Shown one piece after another: positions 55,301-64,000 of a stretch of 64,000 nucleotides of DNA. The stretch's first letter is position 1; each line of letters opens with the position of its first letter. The DNA comes from Sphaerodactylus townsendi. Lineage: Eukaryota. The stretch covers positions 80,476,001-80,540,000 of the forward strand of contig NC_059429.1 of the NCBI RefSeq assembly GCF_021028975.2, read 5' to 3'. Under the pieces are notes generated by a model. It had not been told where the DNA came from, searched no databases, and saw nothing but the letters and a program-made list of their open reading frames with translations. Position numbers and translations under genes: made by a program.

Positions 55301-55651
55301 GATAATGTGTCAAACACTTGGAAACTAGATAACTATGAGTTTCCCCATCACTCTGTCTTTCTTCTGTTTTCAAAAGCATTCTGGAGATGAGCAGTTACGA
55401 GCTACTCCACTGCCATAGCTCAGTAGTTTATTTTCATCTCTCATACTCCAAAATCAACAGCTATCAATAAACAAGTGCAGTTTATTGATAGAGAAATGCT
55501 TGATATCTTTACTACAGTATGTCTTATAGGCTAATAAATAAAGAGGACACTAACAGTGCAATTCAAAGAAGACTTGAACTCCAGTCGAAGACCACTGAAA
55601 TTAACTCCAGTCGAAGACCATTGAAACTTCAGTCGAAGACCATTGAAATTA

Positions 55652-56084
55652 AGGGGTAGGGAACCTGCGGCTCGAGAGTCGCATGTGGCTCTTCTAACCT
55701 TGCACTGTACCTCCATGAGCAGAGCCGCCGGCCCCATCCTTGCCCACCCTGCAGGCAGCAGGGCGGGCGCACCAACTGCCCACGGTTGGCTGGGCCATGC
55801 CGCGGGCTTCCCCTCTCGCCTGCCCCATTGGAGCGGGGCGGGTGCTTTCCCGGCGGCCAGCGAGGCCGAGCCGCCGGCTTCATCCTTGCCCGCCCTGCAG
55901 GCAGCAGGGTGGGCACATCCATGCGCTTCTCAGAATGAGCGGAGTAAAAGGTAAAAAAACCCCTATACATAAAGTGTTATCTTTATTTTAAATGTCAAAA
56001 ATTATTTGCGGCTCCAAGTGTTTTCTTTTCCCGTGGAAAACAGGTCCAAATGGCTCTTTGAGTGTTAAAGGTTCCCTACCCCTG
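55652..56084. mobile_element. hAT-Charlie-type non-autonomous element
   Basis: TIR AGGGGTAGGGAACCT / AGGTTCCCTACCCCTG with a CpG-rich interior. Confidence 0.82.
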
Positions 56085-56689
56085 GACTGGAATAACACTC
56101 TTTAGGATTGCACTGTAGAGCACTTTGGTCTCAAAATGGTAAAACCATCTATTGGAAACAATTTATGATTAATCTCTCTATAAGGAGAAACAATTTTTGA
56201 AAGTTTTTTTTCTAAATTCAAGTACAATCCAGATTTACCTAACAGAAGACAAATACAGCCTCTTCGTATATAAATTAAATTGTAAAAAGGAATAATTATT
56301 ATATTGCACTCCCTTTCTTCATGTCGCTGGATGGTACACAAATCAAGTACTATTAATTTCAAGCTTTTTTTTGTTCACTTTCTTCTGAGGAAAAAAATTG
56401 CACTAGGAAAAGCGTCATAAAAAATAAAAGTAATTATTCCATAATCTTGTGTTTCAGAAAGATGCTAGATCATTCACTATATGAAAACAAAATGTAGTTA
56501 AGAGTCTTAATATCACGAGCTATACCTTTTTCAAAATTAAATAAATCTACATTCAACTTTTTTGCCCTAACAAGGGTCAAACTGACAGCTAACAAATTAA
56601 AATATGCATAATAAAATCACCATTAAATATAACAACAAAGAACTAAGCTAAAATATGTACAAATAAAATAACAATTAAAACATTTGGTG

Positions 56690-58150
56690 AGGAAGGGAGG
56701 GATCACTGAAATCAAGCAAAGAAAAAGTCTTCACTTGCTGGAGGAAAATAACAAAATAATCCTCTTTGGGGAGGAGGAAGAGTTCCAGAGTTTGGGTGTC
56801 ATGACTGAGAAAACCTTCTGGGTTGCTGCTTGCCTAATCTAAAAAAGCGAGTTACCTGAAGCAGAGCCTCAAAAGATGATTACAATGGTTGCGTAGGATC
56901 ACAAGGGAGAACACAGGTTTTTTTACATATGTTAGTCCTAGACCATGTAGGGCTTTACAGGTCAACATCAGTCCCTTGGATTGTGCCCAGAATCAAAATG
57001 GGAGGCCTATGACTTATGCCAGTTAGCATCCTAGCTGTAGCATTCTGCACCAACTGCAGTTTCTGAATGCTTATCAAGGGCAGGCCTATGCAGAGCACAG
57101 TACAGTAAATAAAGCCTGATGGCAAGCAGAACAGTGGCCTGTTCTATTTCACAGTGGGCTGAGAAGTCGAAGCTGATAAAAGGCATCCCAAATTACAACT
57201 GTAGAACTGTGTCCAAGAACACCCTGACAACTGTAGAACGGTGTCCAAGAGCACCCTGACTACAGACCTGTTCCTTCAATGGAAGTGCAAGCCCAGCTAG
57301 GACAAGTGACAACTTTAAAGAAGAGTGGGATTTATATTCCCCCTTTCTCTCCTATAGAGACTCAAAGCAGCTGACAATCTCCTCCCCCCCCCCCAACAAA
57401 CACCCTGTGAGGTAGATGGGACTGAGAGAGCTCCGAAGAACTGTGACTAGTCCAAGGTCACCCAGCTGGCATGTGTTGCAGTGCACAGGCTAATCTGAAT
57501 TCCCCAGATAAGCCTCCACAGCTCAAGCGGAAGAAAAGGGAATCAAACCGGGTTCCTCCAGATTAGAGCACACCTGCTCTTAACCACTACGCCACTGCTG
57601 CTCCTGATTCCAGATCAGCTGTTCTGCTCACCAGAAGCATTTCTGTCTTGCTGGGATTAAGCTTCAGTTTATTTGCCCACATTCACTTCAAAACATCCTC
57701 CAGGCACTGATTCAGGATTTCTACAGCTTTCCCAGAATCAGCTGGAAGCACAAGATCAAACTTAGTGTTGTTCTCATATTGGTGACAACCTAGTCTAAAT
57801 CTCTAGCTGACGTTTTATGTAGATGTTAAAGATAGGTGATAAGATGAAACCTTGCCAGACTGCATAGGCCAAGGGGTAGAGCAACAGTCATCTACCACCA
57901 TGTTCTAAGACTAGGAAGGTCCATAACCACCTCAGCACAGTGCTTTCTAATCCCAGCCTGGAAAGGCAGTCCAGGACACCATGACCAATGGTATCAAAGT
58001 CCAGGAGAAACAAACTTGCTTTTCTTTGTTCATCTGGCACTGCAGGTCATTCATCAGGGTGACCAACAATTAGGATGGAAAGGACTAAACAATTCATCTC
58101 ATCCAAGAAAGATTGAAATCCCTTCAAGCTGCAAGACATGTCACTTCTCT
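56690..58150 (-). mobile_element. L2-like LINE fragment
   Basis: Degenerate motifs (KLQLVQNA; DFDTIGH) interrupted by a SINE. Confidence 0.55.
57319..57603 (-). mobile_element. Squam3-like SINE nested in an L2-like LINE
   Basis: Highly similar to 21743-22043. Confidence 0.85.
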
Positions 58151-58689
58151 TTACAAAACATACAAGTACACTGCACTTACCTCTTACCATTAATGACAAA
58201 GATTAATTTTCTTTGTACAAAATGTTATTCTTATCTTGCAAAATATACTGATAATATAATTTTGTAACACGTAAGAGTTCTTGCGTTGAACTAATCAATC
58301 ACCAGTTAACAGCAACAATGTTTTCTGAGACAATGGTACCATTACTGCACACAAAAAAATACCATCTTGCATGATGCAAAGGGGAGAAGACCACCTTTGT
58401 ATCCTGAAAAGGCCCTACAGCACCGAGTTAAGGCCTTAGCCAACCATTTCCTAGGGATATACTGCTTGCAATTAAAACACCAGGAAGTCCCGTTAAGACT
58501 AATGAATTTATTGCAACATAAAACTTCACAAGCCAGATCCCACTTTCTCAGGTGCAAATTGTTTTCAGAATACTGCCATCATGGAAGAAACATTTCAGTG
58601 CAAAAGATCGCATTTAAGAGCCAAGAATTTGGCAGAGAAACTAACAGGACTTACTAAGGACACTGAACTCATTCAGTATATATTCAGTT

Positions 58690-59620
58690 ACTGTCCACGG
58701 TTTCTACGCTGCCGTGAAAGGCAGCCCAAGCGTAACTGACCTCGCTGAGCAGGAGCACCCAGAGGCAAGGCGACCAACTCCTAACTACGCGTAACCGCCT
58801 CAGTCTGGACAAGGCCGGCCGCTCCTCCCTCCCCGAGAAGCCATCCCCATGAGGGAACTTTTCCATAGGGAGCGGCCGGTGGGTTTCCTCATTTTCCCTT
58901 TCAGCAGCTTCGCCCCATCCACTCAGTGGGGTCCACAAAGGGCGCTGCCCCAAAGCTTCTCAGAGGAGGCCACGGGGCCACCGTACCAGGCGGCCTTGCC
59001 AATGCTCCCCCACCCCGGAGCCATCCCAGCGCTCTAACCAGCCGCCCCATCGCCACGTAAAGTCCGGGCGCTCGACGGGCCACAAGCGCTCGCTGCCCCA
59101 GCGCTCGCCCAGCCTTAGCCCCACGCGCGGCCTTCTGACTGGCCACTCGGCCCCGCCAATCCCGGCTCTTGGGCCGGCGCTCGGGGGCTCCATATTGGCT
59201 GCTCGCACTCACCGTGCCTCGCTCCCCCGGTTCGGGTGCCGCTCTGATTGGCTCCGCCACCGGTCCCCGAAACCCAATCAGCGCCTCCACTCAGCCGCCG
59301 CGCAAAATGGCGCCCAACCCCCGACGCCCAACAAAGAGAAGAAGAGGACGCCACCGCGCAGGCGCTATACAAGAGCTCCTCCCGCCGAAGCTTGCGCTTG
59401 TTTGAAACTCTGCGCGCATGCGCCCGGGTGGGGGTCTTAGAACTCTCGTGCATACTAGGCAGTCCTACTATCGTTTCACTCTTTTCACTACAGGCGACTT
59501 CTCTACGCATGTGCAACCGAGCATAATTTTAATGCTCTTTTCCTATGGTAATTCATAGCCCGTACATATCGCCAGCCAATACTGCGTGCTGATACCATAG
59601 AGCTTTACGCCTAGAAGGTC
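58690..59620. promoter_or_regulatory. bidirectional CpG-island promoter NFYA/OARD1 with multiple CCAAT boxes
   Basis: CCAAT at 58999, 59156, 59274, 59576; ATTGG at 59194, 59247; YY1-like CAAAATGGCG 59303-59312; NRF1-like GCGCATGCGC 59414-59423; divergent genes on either side. Confidence 0.88.
58741..59000 (-). other. NFYA: NFYA non-coding exon 1 (5' end approximate)
   Basis: Donor GCGAG|GTCAGT at 58741 at the edge of the CpG island. Confidence 0.55.
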
Positions 59621-60051
59621 GTATTCGTTGGTTGCCATTTTATTCTTTGCATTTGGGAGAAAATAGGACAGGTACTAAGCAGAGGAATGGGATACCTGGG
59701 GACAATTTAAGAGTTGAGGCTACGCGAAAGCTTTGCCTTTGTGCATTCTGGGTTGGGAGGTAATGACACTTTTCTCTACAGCGCCATATTATGGGCGCTA
59801 AAGTTTTTTGGGTCATGACTTCCATAAGATAGGGGTTGTGTTGTGGAGTCGTCAGGTACAGCAACCGTTACCAAGCTTAAAAACTAGAGCTATCAGACAT
59901 CCTTCAGAAACTTGTTCTTTACCCTCAATCGTTGTAGCTAAAAACTTTTGATGTTTAAAGGCTCTCAGAAATAGAAAGAACATCCCAGAGGGAACAGCGC
60001 TTCCTCCTCCAAACACCATACTTTTAAAGGGGCATTTTACGGTCTGGTTAG

Positions 60052-60300
60052 TAAGAACGTAAGACAGAGCCTGCTGGATCAGACCAGAGTCCACCTAGTC
60101 CAGCACTCTGCTACTCGCAGTGGCCCACCAGATGCCTTTGGCAGTTCACATGCAGGATGTGAAAGCAATGGCCTGCTGCTGCTGCTCCCGAGCACCTGGT
60201 CTGCTAAGGCATTTGCAATCTGAGATCAAGGAGGTTCAAGATTGGTAGCCATAGATTGAGTGCTCCTCCATAAATCTGTCCAAGCCCCTTTTAAAACTAT
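60052..60300 (-). mobile_element. CR1-type 3' end
   Basis: Matches 26410-26670. Confidence 0.7.
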
Positions 60301-60497
60301 CTGTATTTACTTATATTTATAAGTTTTGTATGACTGTAGCTTTCTAGTTCCTCCATTCAAAGGCCATTACAAACTCTTCCCTCCCTTACCACACTCATTA
60401 CTTCTACTGAAAACTTTCCCAGTAATACGTGTGTTCATTTTATTTTTCCCCATAGTTTTTGCATCTTAAGAAAACTTTGCAAGGCTTTCTCATCGTC

Positions 60498-60530
60498 ATG
60501 GCTTCTAAGCAGTCTGGAAAAGAAGAAAGA
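60498..60530 (+). CDS. OARD1: OARD1 first coding exon (exon begins at 60456)
   Basis: ccccatAG acceptor; gtcATGG Kozak; AGA|GTGTGT donor. Confidence 0.8.
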
Positions 60531-63028
60531 GTGTGTAGAGGAGTATTTTTATATATTGTAAAGCAGTTTTATGGATGTTGGTTGTGGTTTTAATTTTTGT
60601 AGAGGAAAATAGCAGTATTCCAAACATTTGATATTACATAGTTGTGAAATAGGGTGATTTGATTATGGGATTTAGTTTAATGTAATAAACAGAGAACTCT
60701 TAAGGACTTATATTCATAAAATTAGCTGAGCCAACCTTGTGCTTGTTCTCTTTCATTTTGGTACACCACACATATTGCTTAATATCCTTGAGCTCTGATT
60801 TGGTTTCTTATTTTTAAGAAAGTTGTGCTCTGTTCTCCTTTCAAAGGCCGTTTAGCAGTATTGTTCTGACAGAACACACAATCTTGTTTTCGAGGTGAGC
60901 TTCATCTTTTACTGGTGCAGGTTGGGGACTTTGATTCCCCCCTACAGTGCTGTTCTTGCAGTGGTCACAAAGCCACTGACAGTTTTTGCAACATTTCTGA
61001 AAATAAACACATTTGATATTTACATGTCACCAGCACTGACTGTAATTTCCATACCATGTCTTTACACACCTGCTTAACTTCTCATCAGGAATGCCTGCTT
61101 TTTTTTAACCAACACCTACTTATTCACTCATTTTCCTGTACATTGTGGGTTTAAACAAAGCACACAGTGAGTGACCTCTGAAGTAGTAACCATAGTAACC
61201 TCCTCTTCCATGGTGTTAAAAATACTACCTGTATTTATAAAGCAATATAAATAGCAAAATTGCTAGCTAGTTTACTTCAAGTGTGCCTTGTGGCCCAATC
61301 CTAAAGGGGCAGGGAGGGGGTGACCAGGCTGATGGAGGTAGCAGGGGGCCATGGTGGCGCATTTGTCCTTTCCCCTGGTGTAAGGGGCACATTGGTAGAA
61401 AGGGTAAAGATGCCATGCCCAGGTGCACCTCAGCTCTGTGGCGGCGAAACCCAGAAGAGGGTGCTGCTGCAATAGCATGGGGCATGTGCCAAGGCATTCC
61501 CAGGGGTGGACCCAACTATAGTCGGCTTCCACTTAGGCTTTCATGCTGCAAGTGCTGCAGCCAGTGCCCCCAGACAGGTGACATAAGTCCATTTTGCCCC
61601 ATGGGGGGCTTTCAGGCAACTGGGAGGTTTTTTTTTCCTGCCTCCCCATGCCACCTGAAAACCCTCCAGAGGTGGCAGCACAGCACAGTAGTAGCACTGT
61701 CCCAAACTCCCTCAGACTTTGGATTCTCTGCTAGGATTCTCTTCTTGCAGAGAGTAACTTCTACTGAATGCAATATGTTGACTTATTTCTGAGTAAATTT
61801 CTGTTGGAGTTTTCTGTTAAATGAAGTTGTCAGTGACTTTGACAATCCTGTGCGTTACATGGAATCAAGGACGTAGGTAAGAGGGGTGGTTCTCGGGTTC
61901 AACCCCCCCGTTACATGAACGAAGCTCCACCCCCCGTTTGTGATTTTTTTGGGGTATTTTTTAGTTTTCCGGTTTTTGGCCTGGACGCAGTATTTAGGCT
62001 AGCGGCATCAAAATTTCAGGAATTTGTTGGGAAACTCTTCTGATGATACCACCCAGGTTTGGTGAGATTTGGTTTAGGGGATTCAAAGTTATGAACTCCC
62101 AAAGGGGACGCCCCATCCCCCATTGTTTCCAATGGGAGCTAATAGAAGATGGGGCTACACTTTTGAGGGTCCATAACTTTGGACCCCCTGAACCAAACTT
62201 CACCAAACCTGGGTGGTATCATCAGGAGAGTCTCCTAAAGACACCCTGAAAGTTTGGTGCTGCTAGCTTAACAATTGCACCCCTGACAGCAGGCACCCCC
62301 CCCCAATTTCCCCAGACTCTTCTTTTAAATCCACCCCCTTCAGCATGGATTTAAAGAGAGAATCTGAGGTCCCCAGTTTTAACATTGAAAGTGATGCTGT
62401 TTCAGGGTGGGGGATAATCCACCCCAAAACAGCATCACTTTCAATGTTGTTTTAATTGGGGATCCCAGATTCTCCCTTTAAGGTGGAGTTAAAAGGAGAA
62501 AATGGGCTCCCTAAACACCATTTAAAGTGATGCGATTTGGGGGTGGATTCCAGCATCACAGTGGCTGCCCATGGGAGGGGCGGGGGGGGCACAAAACTCA
62601 GATTTTGCACCAGGCTCCATTTTCCCTAGCTACGCCTGCCTGGCCTTGGAGAGCTACTTCTAAAAGCACTGAGGCCGGGGGCGGGGCTTGGGGAGGCATG
62701 GCCATGCCCCCGGGGGGGGGAGAGTGGTCCCGAACCCCCCTCCCCAAATCTATACCTACATCACTGCATGGAATGCATGGGATTTCTGCCTTAAGCTTTA
62801 GGACTCTTTATGATTCTGCCTTCACATGTTTTCTAAACCAAATGCTTTTTTCTCTCATTCTTTTTGAATGTTCTGGGAACCAGATCAGGTATGTGAAGGG
62901 AGACCTTTTTACCTCTCCTGGAACTGATTCCTTGGCTCACTGCATCAGTGAAGATTGCCACATGAGTGCTGGCATAGCTGCCATTTTTAAGAAAAAGTTT
63001 GATGGTGTGCAGGAACTCTTGAATCAAA
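60498..63028 (+). CDS. OARD1: OARD1/TARG1 macrodomain ADP-ribose glycohydrolase, 5' part; join(60498..60530,62884..63028), continues beyond the window
   Basis: [11 protein letters not shown]|[48 protein letters not shown] matches the recalled OARD1 sequence; head-to-head with NFYA as in mammals. Confidence 0.93.
61866..62766. mobile_element. hAT-type non-autonomous element (901 bp) in an OARD1 intron
   Basis: Imperfect TIR CAAGGACGTAGGTA / TACCTACATCACTG and perfect 8-bp TSD catggaat. Confidence 0.8.
62884..63028 (+). CDS. OARD1: OARD1 second coding exon
   Basis: IRYVKGDLF...VQELLNQ A|GTAAGT. Confidence 0.95.
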
Positions 63029-63262
63029 GTAAGTGATGAAGCAGTGTAAACTAGATCTGTTTATAAAATGTAAAAATGTTGGTTCTTTTGGAATCCTCTA
63101 GTGCTTTTGGGTTAAATACAGCCCCATAGAAGCTCACAAAAATGAAATATCAGAAGTACACATTCCTGTGCCATCTTTATGGTAGTCTTAAAATACTGAC
63201 CTTTCTGATATTGAACTCTTGGGAATTGTAATAGTTACTGATTATTTTAGAACCAAAACCTA

Positions 63263-63403
63263 GACTCATTCCGCACATGCAGAATAATGCACTTTCAAAC
63301 TGCTTTCAGTGCTCTTTGAAGCTGTGCGGAATAGCAAAATCCACTTGCAAACAATTGTGAAAGTGGTTTGAAAACGCATTATTTTGTGTGTGTGGAAGGG
63401 GCC
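63263..63403. mobile_element. 141-bp MITE (copy 2)
   Basis: Reverse complement of 48157-48297. Confidence 0.8.
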
Positions 63404-64000
63404 CAAGATTTGTTACTTGGCATACATGAGAGTGTGTGTGTATGTAAATAAATGAATTGACAGAGCTGTTGATTTGACAGTTTTGACAAGTTCTCTTTCT
63501 CTCCCCCTCCCCCTCTCTATATGTGAATGAGTTCATCCTCTCTTTTGCTAGCCAGCAAAGTACCAGTAAGTTGTTTCAACCTGGAACCTAGATCAGATGT
63601 TTCTTGGCCAACATGTGATTGCTTATGAGAATGCTGGTGCTGGTATGCTTGTTATACAGGTGGATATCTATATGGAAGAAGTGGACTTGCTGTTGTGATT
63701 TATGCAATTAATAAATTAATAAATTTTACCTCTGTTCATAGAATCTGCCTCATTATTCGTTAGTGCCTTGATAAAGGAGATTTGCCGTAGGTTAAACAAC
63801 AGACTTCCTTCAAGAAAATGATTAAGTAATCCAAATACCACTATTGCAGCTCCATGTAATATCATCATTATTGTTTGTATCTGATTATTCTTTTTTCTCG
63901 TCTTTTGTTTTTGTAACTTTGTAGTAAATTTTAAAAATTATATTAAAAAACAGGCTTCATTCACCTTCTGTGGAAATATAGGACTGAAGAGTAGAGTTTA

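Noticed and set aside
55577-55650. Three short direct repeats resembling a mini CRISPR array
   Set aside because: No unique spacers, vertebrate intron context and no cas genes; better explained as a repair or slippage duplication.
58684-59526. Many overlapping ORFs on both strands
   Set aside because: GC-rich bidirectional promoter; the true start codons of NFYA and OARD1 are in downstream exons.

Overview
Eukaryotic (vertebrate) genomic DNA, most likely a squamate and probably a gecko judging from its repeats: Squam3-like tRNA SINEs, 5S-headed SINEs, SPIN/OC1-type hAT elements, and CR1, L2, RTE and DIRS retroelements. Four spliced protein-coding genes are present. KCTD20 (- strand) runs off the left edge. 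ETV7 (+ strand) is complete, with 8 coding exons and 341 aa. NFYA (- strand) is complete, with 9 coding exons and a 347-aa long isoform. The 5' part of OARD1 (+ strand) shares a CCAAT-rich bidirectional CpG-island promoter with NFYA. The most striking object is a young DIRS1-type tyrosine-recombinase retrotransposon (32075-35623, - strand) between the 3' ends of ETV7 and NFYA. Its ITRs, ICR and gag are intact, but an internal deletion fuses the RT N-half in frame to the YR C-half, and the gag TGA is followed by a long in-frame open reading. Other notable points: a composite IRF/EICE/GAS element in the ETV7 promoter, a possibly re-wired KCTD20 N-terminus (ATG>ACG plus upstream in-frame exons), candidate extra ETV7 exons, no recognisable PXT1, and several hAT families known for horizontal transfer. 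Most short ORFs in the supplied track are spurious. Homology statements rely on recalled human proteins and repeat consensus sequences, not on searches. One assembly gap lies at 51344-51509.
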